Below, piece after piece: positions 1 to 13,762 of a DNA stretch of 64,000 nucleotides. How positions within the stretch are numbered: position 1 is the stretch's first letter; the number at the start of each line of letters is the position of its first letter. A program made the position numbers and the translations under genes. The notes below the pieces were generated by a model, which was given only the letters and a program-made list of their open reading frames with translations, was not told where the DNA came from and made no database searches. The stretch comes from Octopus bimaculoides (taxonomy: Eukaryota): NCBI RefSeq assembly GCF_001194135.2, contig NC_068983.1, positions 85,912,898-85,976,897 of the forward strand. Direction: 5' to 3'.

Positions 1-48
1 AAGCTGACACTTGGGTTGTAATCAATTAAATTAAGAAGGAATTTGAGA

Positions 49-100
<52 letters not shown>

Positions 101-496
101 CAGAAGTCTGGAGTATGAGCTGGGGGTAAAAACCCTGGAAAGCAGAGGAAGAAAGCCAATACCTGGAATAAAGCAATAGAACAAGTTGAGGGGTTCCAAG
201 AAAAGAGGAAGGAAGTAGAGTGGCAAAGAGGAAGTAGCTGAGAAGGGAGACAAATAATAGGGTTGCCTAAAAACACTACTACATATTCTTACTTGGGAAA
301 AGCCATTAGTAGTAAGAAGATTGTATACAAACACATACAGCCTTACTAGAGCAGAACGGATGCAGCATACATTCAAACATAATACCATTATTTACAAGCC
401 TCCCTGCCCCCACACACCGATAAGTATATTATTATTATGCAGGCACAAATATATAGGAATATATACACACACACACTATATACATATATATATATA

Positions 497-905
497 GGCA
501 TAAGTGTGGCTGTATGGTAAGAAGCTTGCTTCCCAACCACATGGTTCTGGGTTCAGTCCCACAGCGGGGCAATTTGGGCAAGTGTCTCCTACTATAGCTT
601 TGGACAGACGAAAGCCTTGAGAGTGAATTTGGTAGATGGAAACTGAAAGAAGCCCATCATATATATATATATGACAGGCTTCTTTATATATGTATATATA
701 TCGATATGTGTCTTTGTGTCTGTCCCCGCTACCATCGCTTGACAACTGGTGGTGGCGTGTTTACATCCCCATAACTTAGTGGTTCAGCAAAAGTAATTGA
801 TAGAATAAGTACCAGGCTTTAAACATATATATATATATAAGTTCTGAGGTCAATTCATTCAACTAAAATTTCTAATGACTAAAACAAGTAAAAGAATAAA
901 AGAGT
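497..905 (+). mobile_element. Composite SINE: tRNA-derived head (part A) + (TA)n + 3' body (part B)
   Basis: Head ggc..gtggctgt.tggtaag..ggttc.gtccca with ccttgggcaagt core, a microsatellite linker, then a body ending aaacaagtaaaaga.taaaagag. Confidence 0.8.
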
Positions 906-1876
906 GTATCATCGTCATCATCATAAAATATCCACTTTCCATGCTGGAATAGGCTGGATCATTTGACAGGGTCCAGTAAGCCACAGTGTCCGTTGTCAAG
1001 CACCAAGCCCAGCTTTGGCATGGCCTCTATGGCTGGATGTCCTTCCTACCCCAACCACTTTACAGTGTGTACTGGGTGCTTTTTTTTATGCCACTAGCAC
1101 TAGTGAGGTTGCCAAGTAAATTGCAAAACAAGAAAAGATCAGGAAAAAGGGAAATGCTTCTAAATGAATAAACAGAAGGAGAGAGGACACCATGTGAGAT
1201 TAGAAAGGAGGGGGTAGGGTGGGGGAAAGCAGAGCTATAGGAAGTTGAGGCATTCATTCAGTTACATTGGCCACTGAAGAATAAGATACCCCCAAAGTTG
1301 AAGGTTTATTAATCCTTCAATGAAAGACAAGCAATAAACAAGGATCCAAGTGAATCAATTATGTCCACCCCTTCCCATATACCTCATATCTACGTGATAA
1401 AAGGAAAAGCGTTTTGTAACAAAAAAAAAAAAATCTATATTTGTCAGCTAATTCTTTTATTCTTTTACTTGTTTCAGTCATTTGACTGCAGCCATGCTGG
1501 AGCATTGCCTTGTTATTTATTCTAAATTAATTAAAATAGATTTCCTCAACACCATGACATCACCTATTTCTAGTAGATCAAATATTTATAATCGGTAATT
1601 ATATAACTAAAAAACACACACACACACACCTGCTATAAATTCAGATTATTAGATGTTTCAAATTCCTTTTTTTTCTCATAACAAACATGAGCAGGTTGAA
1701 AAAGCTAAGCATGCGTGTGCGTGGTTTACTCAAAGTTAGGAACCGATACACAAAAATTAAACCAGTGAATCACTCCCTACTCAGTGCCTACAGTTCTATC
1801 AGCCCCAGACTTGTTGGTTTCTTATACAACTGCAGAGACATTAGGGAGTGAAGTGAGTGAAAATGAGTGTCTAGAG

Positions 1877-2057
1877 CAGTGGTTCCCAGCTGTGACTGGC
1901 AGACCCCTGGTGGTCCATGAACTAAATTCAAAATTTCACATACATACATATATACACACACACACATACATAAGGATAAGCAATATCAAAAGGGGCCAGT
2001 GGGAAAACTCATTTAATTAAAAAGGGTCCTTGGTAGCGAAAAGGTTGAGAACCACTG
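1877..2057. mobile_element. hAT (Charlie-type) MITE
   Basis: TIRs cagtggttccca/tgagaaccactg; perfect 8-bp TSD GTCTAGAG (1869-76, 2058-65). Confidence 0.9.
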
Positions 2058-2152
2058 GTCTAGAGTACCTTGATTGAGGTACTATCATTACCTCAATGAA
2101 TCTGCTGAGCAAGCCTATGTCCAAAAATATTCCAGTTATGATTATCTCACCT

Positions 2153-2339
2153 TTAGCCCTTTAGCAGTTAAACTGGCCATATCCAGTCAAAATATTCTAC
2201 CTATTTTTAAGTCCAAACTTGTCAGGTTCAGATTCTCACATCCATCCTGTAGTGTCATTCTAAAAATAGCATTCACATCACCCACAGCAATGTGAATAAA
2301 TAAGCATTTGATACAGTAATCTGAATGCTCAAGGGTTAG
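2153..2339 (+). mobile_element. piggyBac-type MITE (older, partly deleted copy)
   Basis: ccctttagcag...gaatgctcaagggtta termini; same interior. Confidence 0.7.
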
Positions 2340-4739
2340 TTAGAGATTACATTATCAAATCTGTCCTTTACTTTCTCCAAGGTAAGGTGTAATTTGAGGA
2401 CTGCTAGTTTTAGCAGTCAAGCTACTATATAGAAGCTTTCTCAGTGAAATGTAAAGTATGATATCTAGATCTAAAAGAGGTTGTCTTACAGTGGTAACAT
2501 AAATAAGTCTTGGTGCTTGCTAATGATTTAGAGAACTGGGTCTTGATACTATCACCTAGGCACATGGTGCCAATATTAGCAATACTGGCCACAGCATGTA
2601 CCACATCCTACTGCCATAGTGACACAGTTTAAGCCATGCACAAGTGTATTGTTTATTCATGACTATATGTTAACTATGTCAGTATGTCATGACTAAGTGG
2701 TGAGTTGAATATTGCAATTCTGGGGGCTCAGCAAGCTGTAAAAGTTTTATTCTGGTTGCTATATATTGTGGAAGTTTCGGATTCTTGACCTGCGTGTGTG
2801 TGTGTGTATCAGCATTGCTTTTATGTGCACTTTTTCCATGCTGGCGTGGATTGGTTAAATTATTTAGGCAGCAGTGTATGGCCAGTTGTCTTTCTTGTTG
2901 CAGCAACTAATACTTATTTACAAGTGAAGTACTTTATACCATGTCGGTTTACACATGACAAAACCACCAAACCAATGGACATATTAAGAGTGGTTGCCAC
3001 TGTTTTTTAATCAGATGGCGATGATGTGAAGACAAGTGGTAACACATCATACTTATGCCAGGCTTCCATACAGTCACTCATCAAGTATTGGTTACCCCAA
3101 AGTGCCATGTGGTTGTAAAGCAAACTTAACTATACAAACACATACACAAATTTATGTTTATATTTTCTATGCTTACATAAAGTGTGAGGGTCTTTTGATG
3201 GGTGCCTCAACAGAACTTATTCATTATCAGTCAAACAAACTGGAAATGACTTATGTGGTCAGTAAGCACGCCTCTTAAACTCAGCCATTGGAGCTTATGT
3301 AAAATGCAAGTAAAGCTGACATCAACAGGATTTGAACCGAGATCAACTATACCTTTTTAAAGACACAACAAGGATGAAAAGGCAATGTTGACTTCAACAG
3401 GGCCCAAGTTCAAATTCTACTAAGGCCAATTTTGCTTTTCATTTTTTGGGGGTACCAGTCACACACTGGGGTTCATAATTGGATAATCCCTTCCCTTCAA
3501 CATTGTGTGCTTTGAGCCTTTGTTAGAGACAATAATTTATAGCTGAACTTAGCCAAATATGACTCTTAAAATAAGAAAAATATGCCATTTATGAAACACA
3601 ACAGTCTTCAGTCTTCAGTTGGCAGTGGATTTCAGCACTCAACAGCCAAACAGACACATGTAAAACACAAATGCCTATTTTTATTCAGTCATTACATTTT
3701 ATTGAAATATTCCAACACACAATGGCTTATTAGACAAGCTGCTGTACATGCAGCTATTATTATTAATTTTATTCATGAATATATGAATATATAATAGATA
3801 GATGATTATATGGATAAATAAAACAATAAACAGATCGATAATTTCTACATGTGGGTATTGGAATCAGGGTATCAGCATGCAGTGTTGTAAACGTTTTAGA
3901 AAGTAAAAGGCGATTATGATAGGGTCAGAAAAACAGTGGGGAGGCAAATGTTTTGAAGAGGGTCTTCCAGCACATTCATCATATTTTATGAGACCATTCC
4001 CTTTATAGCTGTTTACTGTTACCAATGAATATCAATGGTCATTGTTTAGCTAATTCTTTTTTCAAGTGCTTATTTATTTAATTTAATTTTTTTTTTATAA
4101 ATTCATGTTTTGTTATTTAATTTTAAATTGCTCTATTGGATGTTTATGAATGAGATCAATTTCTAGCGAGTGGAAAGTGTGCCACAAACATATCAAGGAA
4201 ACATTCACTTTCATTGAGTTGTTATGCTAGACAGCATATGGGCTGTTGTTCGTGGTGGTGGAGGTGGTAGTAGTGATGGGTATCCCACCTATCTCGCCAC
4301 CCCATTCCCACTCGCAACATTCAATTTGCAATTATCAATAGCATGCAGGCCACCATTGCCACCACCATTACCACAAAAAGAAACAAAGGGAGAGGGAAAG
4401 AAAGTTACGAAGTAATACATACATTGCCACCATCGAACACCCACTCCCCACCCATGGCTTGAGACATATAGAACTGAACAGTCTGATCCTTTGTGATGAA
4501 TTCAGTAAACCAGACTAGAGTAGCTGAGACTAAGGGCCACCTATCCCCTACTTCCTTGCTGCATCACAGGAGTGCACTTTTTGGTGAGGCAGAGAGCATA
4601 AAAACACCATTCACTACTAACAAACACATGCACTTTAGAAATGTCCAACCTTAAATGAATCATGGACAGGTTTCCATTAGATTTCTCTCTGAATGTTAAA
4701 ATATCCAATAAGGCTATTTTCACAACAGAATAACAAATA

Positions 4740-4775
<36 letters not shown>

Positions 4776-7229
4776 GGGATAATAAAAGCTACGTGCATCA
4801 TATGCAAATGGATACAACACTGATGATGATGATGACTGAAAGACTTATCGGGCTTGATCTGGTATATGAATAAACAGGATATAGAATAAATGAGATATTT
4901 TTCTGAAGGAGGAGTCAGAATGAGTCAGATCTAAATGAATGAATAAATGGTACACTGTTCTTACCACAAATTACCTTTGTTGTTGTTGCTACTGCAATAA
5001 GTTTTATTATCATTATTATTATTAGTATTTATAATTCCTGATCTGTGAGATACAGAAAGAGTTTTGGGTTTTTTTTTCTTCTTTCAATTAAAAATAGCTT
5101 AGAGAAATGTGTGTGTGTTGTATACACACAATTAACAGTGGAAGAACCAAAGTTTTTGGTAACTATTACTTTGAGTTTCATAGGGACACTTATACCAAAA
5201 AGTCACCTTTATTGAATACCTTTTCCTTTTAATGGTAGAAGGAAGTCATATATCATCATCGTCGTTTAACGTCCGCTTTCCATGCTAGCATGGGTTGGAC
5301 ATATATATGTTTATGTGTGCGTGCACACAAACACACACATATGATCAAATAGACCTCAAAGAAGCTGGTATTGGTCTGCATTGGCAAGATTCATTGTCAT
5401 CAACCCTTAAAGTCAACTTTCCATGCTGGCAAGGGTTGGATGGTTCACTAGAGCTGGCACACTGAGGAGCTGCACAAAGTTCTAGCCTGATTTGGCTTGG
5501 TTTCTACAGCTGGATGCCCTTCCTAATACCAACCACTTTACACCGCATGAATGCTTTTATGTAGCACCAGCATGAGTGCTTTTTGTGTGGCCCAAGCACA
5601 TGACTCTTGCAGGCCAATCCTCTTCACCAGGGCATGTGGCATTAACACTTCTGTTGTGGTAGATGGGTCTTCTCGAGTATAGCAAGGTGTCAGCTATCTC
5701 GGTCCTTAAGTTTCAGTGTCTGGAGGTCATCCTTCTTTACTTCATCCCATGTCCTCCTAGGTCTCCCCCTTCCACATATTTCTCCCTCTCAGTAAAATCA
5801 TTAAAAAGAGTACAGTGAATTTGATGTGAAGGGGCGGAAAATCCAACATTTCGGACAATGTTGTTCTTAAGAGGAAGTCGAAAGGAGAGCAATAAATGCA
5901 AGACAGCAGAGTTTAAGATTCTCCATGTTGCAGCCAGTATTTAGAAGATGTAAAACTCTGCTGTCTCTCATTTATTTCTCTCCATTCAACTTTCCCTGAA
6001 GAACTCTATCCAAAACATTGGATTTTTCACTCCTCAATAAATTCATTGTAGAGACCTTCGGCAATATGCTGTGCTTGAGAAGACACATCAAGCCAAGTGA
6101 AATTGTAGTTGTGGCTAAAGCAGGTGTCACATAACTGGCACCCATGCTGGTAATATGTAAAAAGCAGCCATTACACTCTTGGAGTGGTTAGCGTTAGGAA
6201 AGGCATCCAGCCATAGAGACCATGTCAAATCAGATAGGAACCTGGTGCAGCTCCCCAGCTTACCAGTTTCAGTTAAACCGTCTGACGCATGCCAGACTGG
6301 AAAGCGTACATTAAATGATGATGATCATTGTTTAATGTCTTCCTTTCATGCTGGCATGGGTGGGATGGTTTCACAAGAGCTAGCTAGGTCAAAGCCTGCA
6401 CCAGACTTCTTTGACTGTTTTGGCAGGATTTTTACAGCTGGATGCATCAACCACTCAGCAGGGTGGATTTAGTGCTTTTTAAGTGGCACAAGCACAGGCA
6501 AGGTCAGTTTTGGCAAGGCTTTTACAGTTGGATGCTTTTCTGAACACCAACCACTTTACAGTGTGGCCTGGGTGCTTTTAAGTGGCGCTTGTACTGACAT
6601 GGTCACCAAGTACTTGGCAAACAAACAAAAAAAAAAAAAACTTTCAAGAGGGGAGGAGGCATTGGAGGAGGTGATCTTGTGTTGGATGATGAAAAGATTA
6701 TAGTGAAATAAATACAGGTGTCTTGCAGTAGAAGTACTAGGATACCCAGCCAGAGAGAGAGAGAGATCAGGAATGAAGAAAGAAAGAGGTGTGCTACTGC
6801 AGAGGAAATACATGGTTACCCAACCCAAGGGAAATGCAAGAGATGGAGATCGAGTGGAAGACAGCAAGATAGAGATGGTGGTAAAATGCCGGGCATAATA
6901 CTCACAAGGAACAGGGATCAGAATATAAATGGGATAGTTGGGTAAAGGAAGAGAGAGATATAGATGGTGGCAGGATATTGTGAAGGGAGTGTGATTAAAG
7001 AGTGCAAGTAAGTGGTGAAAACCCATAAGAGGATGTAGAATGCATGACATCAGGATAGAGATGCAGGGCTTGGATATTACGGAACAGAGATTGTGTGACC
7101 AGGTAAGGATGATAAGGAAGAACAGATGACTAACAGCATTAGGGCTTGATGAGATTAAGAAAAGGATGACGTGATTGAAAACATAATGAGGGAAGATGAA
7201 GTGGTTACAGAGAATGTCGATGAAGTTGT

Positions 7230-8240
7230 GTTGGATGAAGGTATTCAGGAGAATGATGCTGGTTTAAGATTGAGAATGTAGAGGTTACTTAGCAATGTAG
7301 ATAGAGGAATGTTTGTAAACATCACTGATATGATCAAGAAACTTCTGCATGTTGAAGCAAATGGGTTCAAGGAAGTGGATAGAATTTTGCTCAGGAGGTG
7401 GACTCGTCTACATAGGATGGAGTGTAGGTTTTGAACCAAACCATAAAAGAGGAAATGTAGTGAAAGAACCTTGGTGGAAAAGAAAGAGAAAGCAATAAAT
7501 GAGCACACTATGGAAGCATATCAATATCCTGGAAAGGAAGAAAGGTGAAATCAGAAAGAAGGAGAAATATCAGGAACTAGAATGTATATATAAGATCAAG
7601 AAAAAGGGGTTAAATGTAATCCTTGAAGAGCTCAAAGACTGGAGGCTAAAGTCACAAAAATTAAGACATGATCAAAGAATTGAACAAGTATAAGATCAAT
7701 AGATTCTTTTGGACAAGATGCACTGAGGTATTGATATGCAGTGCTCAAGAACAAGCACTGAGAACTAATTACACCAAGTCCCGCCAGGTGTCACTGAGAG
7801 TAATGAGTATAAGATCTTGTGGAATTTTTCAATCTGGTGTGATTCAGTGATTGATGCTGAGAGACCAGACGTTGTAGTTGATAAAATGATGAAGGAAACG
7901 AAGATCACAGATATTGCCATATCTGGGGATGTGTGAGTGAATGATAAAGAGCTGGAAAAAAATTTAAACGTGCAAGCTACTAAAAGATGAGATTGTATGA
8001 ATGTGGGCAATGAAGAAAGTAACTGTCATTCCAGTAGTTGAAGGGGCATTAGGAGCATTAACAACCAGGCTTGAGAAATTTTTATGAGAAATTGGGACGA
8101 GTGTGGAACATGCTCAGAAAACTGCTTTATTGGGGACAGTAAAGATTTTGAGATTGGTACTTGGATGTTAAGTACCATGGAAGAAGACTCTGCAAGACCC
8201 TTGACAACAGATCGTTGTCCGTTCTTACAGAATTAGCCCC
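7230..8240 (+). mobile_element. R4/Dong-like (REL endonuclease) non-LTR retrotransposon relic, internally deleted
   Basis: Frameshifted peptides KEPWWKR (7463-), IKKKGLNVILEELK, EVLICSAQEQALRTNY, YKILWNF, ERPDVVVDK..TDIAISGD, IPVVEGALGA, QKTALLGTVKILR*. No RT motifs between the N-terminal region and the REL domain. Confidence 0.8.
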
Positions 8241-10064
8241 TCCCCAACAATTTCCCCTTCATGACTGAAATTGCCTTTAATGATAGTAATAATATCTGGC
8301 TGCATATATACAAAGGAGAAATTAAGAGGATATATATGTGTGGTGTTATATATGTATGTATATGTGCCCTGTGGGTTTATATGTATATATTTACATATAT
8401 GTGACTGGGCATGTATGTGTGTGTCTGTAGATATGTATATATTGTCTTTGAGTATATATGTATTTATGTACATATGTATAAATATGTGTGTGTGTGTACA
8501 TGTATGTATGTATACACAATCTGTGCCAGTATGGAAAAATTAAAAATGGATGTTAATTGATGATGATGATAATGTATATACTGAGTTGCCAAAAGGGTAT
8601 CAAAGCAGGCACTGGACTGCCTGAGGGACTCCACTCCTTGATTTGTTGTTAAGGCTGATTCCCTGGGCCTTTTCTTTTCCCAAAGCACTCACGAGGAAGT
8701 GAGGGTTTGTGCTTGGAGTTTCTTCCATAACATGTAGAGAAACAGAACTAGGCCCTTGACAGGTGCTACTACTTCTCCTCTGGGTCTGAGTAAACCCGAG
8801 AACAATAATGGCTAAGAGAAGGTTTCACATTCTTCAAAATCCTGCAACTCCTGAACCAGGGTCCCACTACCGGATGAAGTTTGAAGTTATACTCAGGACA
8901 CCGAGCCACAATGGTCCGACCTCCATATCTAAAGAGTGGGATCTGATTGCGTGGACTGACTCTCACTTTAAAACCACTAATCGCAGACAAAATGAAAAAC
9001 CCTGCAGTGATGGAGAAGTGATGAAAATGACAGGTACTAGATAGTACTGGCAGTTGCAGCCTCAATTCCACCTTTAAATGGTCTCTTTCTTCCACATGAT
9101 ATTCAGCCATCATAATCTGAATATCAATAATGGTATGCTAATGATTTCACATAGGTCAGTCACTGTGCAAACAAGTTTGGAGCAAGGATTTATGGTTAAG
9201 GTTAAATAGCTAAAGGAGAAGTCAACAAACTGAATTTGTGAATTAATTTTCCAGAAGAATTTTTAATTAATAATCTTTAAACCTGAAGAAATTTTATAAA
9301 AAAATGAGAACAAAATTAAAAGTTAAGGGGAGAGACTACTTATTTTCTTGGCATACTTCCGTCTACATTTTTTAATTTACTCACAAAATTTTCTAACTTT
9401 GAAAATTTTGTACAACTTAAGAAATTGAAACAACAAGCAAAAATTCTTAAGTGTTCATCATTATTTCCCTTCTGTTCTTTCAAGTTTTGTCACATATATA
9501 ATGCATGATGAAGTGATGTGGTTGTATTTATTTTATTAAACACTGACAATGCTGGACATACACACACCTGCTGGTGCCACATAAAATGCACCCAGTACAT
9601 TGTGTAAAGTGGTTGGCATTAGGAAGGGCACCCAACAGCTCTCTGGCTTGCCAGCTCCTGTCAAACGGATGTTAAATGATGTCTTCCAAGACATCACAAG
9701 CTTACCCCTTTAACAACTGAGTGGTCTGGAGCAATGTGAAATGAGGTGTTTTGCTCAAGAACACAACACACTGCCAGTTTCAGAATTAAAATCACAATCT
9801 TACAATCATGAATGTAACAACCTAACCACTAGACCATACTTCATTTTACTATGGCTTGGAGTGAGATTTAAAAAGAGGCAGAATTTTTGCAACCACATAC
9901 ACTTTCTGTTACCAACTCTTGACAGTTTTTTTTAACTGAAGAATTTCTATTTTTTCTCACTGGTTTCCCAAAATGCCATGTGCAGAGGAATAAACACCAT
10001 ATAGTTTCAAAGCAACACAGTCATACCTGTGACTCTCTCTCTCTGTCAGTCTGTCTCTCTATAT

Positions 10065-10359
10065 CAGGGGTTCCCAACTGGGGTCCACAGAAGCTTTAAG
10101 GGGGTCCATGAGTAAAAAAAAATTGTAATTTGTGGGTCCATATATAAATTTTGTACCTGCATTTATTGAAATTTTCAAGATTTGTATTTGGAATTTATGG
10201 TATGAATGTAACGAAGTTGTTTCATTCTTAGTTTTTACTAACCTACAAACAAATATATTATTTCAAAATTTTACATGTGCATTTATGGGGTCTACAGATG
10301 ATAAGATAGCTTTCAGGGGTTCAGGGGTTCCAAAAGCAAAATAAGGTTGGGAACCCCTG
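10065..10359. mobile_element. hAT (Charlie-type) MITE
   Basis: TIRs caggggttcccaac/gttgggaacccctg; perfect TSD CTCTATAT. Confidence 0.92.
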
Positions 10360-10574
10360 CTCTATATATATGTTAATAGTGCAGACATGGCTGTGTGATA
10401 AAAAGTTTGCTTCCCAATCACATGGTCCTAGGTTCAGTCTCACTTTGTAGCACCTTAGGTGTCGACCAATCATGCACAAATATATAAGCACATAGGTATT
10501 TATGTACAAAATGTTTTTTATAATGGTTCTGAATCAACCAAAGCCTTATGAGTGGATTTGGTAGACAGAAACAG

Positions 10575-10801
10575 AAGGTGGCAAGCTGGCAGAAACGTTA
10601 GCACGCCAGGCGAAAATGTTAAGCAGTATTTCGACTGCTGTTACATTCTGAGTTCAAATTCCGCCGAGGTCAACTTTGCCTTTCATCCTTTCGGGGTCAA
10701 TAAATTAAGTACCAGTTATGCACTGGGGTCGATATAATTGACTTAATCCCTTTGTCTGTCCCCTCTATGTTTAGTCCCTTGTGGGCAATGAAGAAATAAG
10801 A
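10575..10801 (+). mobile_element. Young tRNA-derived SINE (family D) nested in a family A head
   Basis: ggcaagctggcagaaacgttagc..gagttcaaattcc..gcctttcatcctttcggggtc..; flanked by an (a)gaaac duplication of the host. Other D copies near 15523, 27385, 45040, 61180 (+) and 16840, 25880, 27095, 51170, 53090 (-). Confidence 0.85.
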
Positions 10802-11598
10802 AACTGAAGGAAGCCCACCATGTGTGTGTGTATGTGTATGCATGCACATATTACTGCCTCCTTCCTTGATATAGCATAATAGTGGTGAGTGTCACCATCA
10901 AGGCATCCTTTGTTCTCAATCTTTGATGAAAACATGTTTTAGTCATGGGGAAATAATACCTTGCTTGGAAATGGGTGAGGGTTGACAACAGGAAGGGCAT
11001 CTAACTAGAAAATCTGCTTCAACAAATTCCATTCAACACATGAGAGCATTGAAAAGTGGATGTTTAAAAAGCTAGTTGCTCAGACCTACGGTCAAAAGGA
11101 ATTCCATTTTGTATTTTAGAATCTTTTCTTTATAATTAAAGAAATGACACATTGGATAGAAATGTGTGATATGAAAGAAATTTGATTGTTATTCCAAGCA
11201 AGACAAGTGAATATCCAGACACTTTCCCCTCAATGGCTCATCTTGGTTCTTGTTTAAGCTCCAGTTCGCTTCTAACTGAACAAACCTATGAAGTACATTA
11301 GAGCCATAACCATCCTGTGTCTTTTTTTTTCTTTGCTTTATATTACAACCAAATTGTTTAATATCTTAAGATGCTAGGGTGTGATTTAAGGATGATTTGG
11401 CTGCTATTTCCAGTAAATTGAGAGCTCATTAAGAGATTTCTCTATACACAGGCTTAGTAATTATTTTTTTGACACACAAGGCTGAACACTGAGACCATTT
11501 AATGTTGAGGTCACCCTACATGGAGTAAAGTATCAACAGGTAAATGATGCTGATCTTAACATCTCCCAATTTCAGTCCCTTGCACCAACCTATCTCCT

Positions 11599-12080
11599 AT
11601 CATCATCATCATCATCATCGTTTAACGTCCGCTTTCCATGCTAGCATGGGTTGGACGATTTGACTGAGGACTGGTGAAACCGGATGGCAACACCAGGCTC
11701 CAGTCTGATTTGGCAGAGTTTCTACAGCTGGATGCCCTTCCTAACGCCAACCACTCAGAGAGTGTAGTGGGTGCTTTTACGTGTCACCCGCACGAAAACG
11801 GCCACGCTCGAAATGGTGTCTTTTATGTGCCNNNNNNNNNNNNNNNNNNNNNNNNNNNNNNNNNNNNNNNNNNNNNNNNNNNNNNNNNNNNNNNNNNNNN
11901 NNNNNNNNNNNNNNNNNNNNNNNNNNNNNNNNNNNNNNNNNNNNNNNNNNNNNNNNNNNNNNNNNNNNNNNNNNNNNNNNNNNNNNNNNNNNNNNNNNNN
12001 NNNNNNNNNNNNNNNNNNNNNNNNNNNNNNNNNNNNNNNNCGGGTCTTCTCACGCACAGCCCATTTCCAAAGGTCTCGGT
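11599..12080 (-). mobile_element. Young RTE LINE 3' end spanning an N gap
   Basis: Nearly identical, CpGs retained, to the copies at 48455 and 52703; (CAT)n tail on the plus strand. Confidence 0.88.
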
Positions 12081-12216
12081 CCTATCTTGTACATATTTTC
12101 TTTTACCATTTCATTTTGTTTCTTTCTACATAAGTTTACTCCCACTTTTCGAGACATATATAAATATTATATGGCAAAACTGTGTGGTCTAGTGATGAAG
12201 GTTTAGCACTCACAAA

Positions 12217-12631
12217 GTGTATGAGAGAAGACTGTGCTGGTTTGGTCATGTGATGCGGATGGATGCCGACAGCTCCATAAAGTGCCAATCTCTCAAAGTA
12301 GATGGAATATGTGGAAATAGCAGACACAGGAAGACATGGGATGAAGTACTGAAAGGTGATCTCAGGATGCTGAACCTTCTAGATGAACTCCCTAGCATAA
12401 GGCCACTCTCCCTAATGAAGAGGATTGGCCTGCAAGAGTCATGTGTTGGTGCTACATAAAAGCACCCAGCACACCCTGTGAAGTGGATGGTGTTAGGAAT
12501 AGCATTCAGCCATAGAAACCATGCTGAATCAGATTATTGCCTGGTGCAGCTCTTCGACTTGCCAGCTTTGGTCAAACCGGCCACACCATGCCTGCACGGG
12601 CAATGGACATAATAAACGATGACGATGATGG
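12217..12631 (+). mobile_element. RTE LINE 3' fragment
   Basis: ERRLCWFGHVMRMD..KTWDEVLKGDL, then the family 3' UTR and gatgacgatgat tail. Confidence 0.85.
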
Positions 12632-13762
12632 TGAATAGAAAGATTGTGGCTCTGATTCCTGGACTGGGTGGTGTGCTGTGTTCATAAGCAAACCACTTCA
12701 TTTCATGTTGCTCCAACCCATTAAGCTGTAAATGAGCTCCCACAACAACTAGGAAGTTAACCCTACAACAGACTAGTGCCCCATTCATTTATCAGGGAGT
12801 GCTGTAATCTCAGTTACTTACATATGAGGGAAACAGGGTCAAGTGAAGTTCTGGCCTCACAGGTCTTACGGCAACATTTAGAAACCCTATTACTGATAAT
12901 TTCTGGAATGGCTACCCATTAAAGGCTTTAAAGATAATCTGTATATTTTTACAGAAGTGGTGATATTGTAATTACATTACAAAATAGAATCAAGATGATA
13001 GACACAATTACTGGCTCCCATAATGTCTTTAGTTGAAATAGCTAAGCCAGTGTAATTCTTTTAAGCTTTTGACTGGCTTCTGAGCAATATTATAGCAATT
13101 TAGCATTGCTATGACAATTATTATCAGACTAGTGTAATTTTTGTCATGAGAAAGGAGGAAAGATGCTGTGATGTTTCCAAGTTTATTTGGGAGAGCTAGT
13201 GTTGGACTATTCAAAGAGGCATCGTTTCAAAAGATACACCATGCACAACATTTGACATTTGTGTTAAAGGGATGGTTGTACTGGGGCACCACCTTGAGAG
13301 TCTTTTAGTAGAACAAATCAGTTTTTTCTTAAAGCTTGGTACTGATTCTATTGGACTCTTATGCTGAATTGCTAAGTTATGGGGACTAAAACAAACCAAC
13401 ACCTGTTGTCAAGCGATAATGGGGGACAAACACACGTTTTTTAACACAGTACCGCCATTAAAACAACAGAAAAACTGGGCAATATTACCCTTACAAGGCA
13501 GAAAAAGTTGTCAGCAAACAGCCATGTGAGTTGAATCCAAATCCCCAAAGACACCAGCTGAGTGCTTTACCATTAAGCTCAACATTTCCGTCGATTTTAA
13601 ATGCTAGATAGCTAGCTTATTGAAATATAACAATCACGTGTGTATATAAACAAAGTTACATTTACTTATATACAGACATAGTTGTTACATACATATTACA
13701 AATACAACAGCTTCTTTCAGTTTCCATCTACCAAATCCACTCACAAGGCTTTGAGGTTTCAT

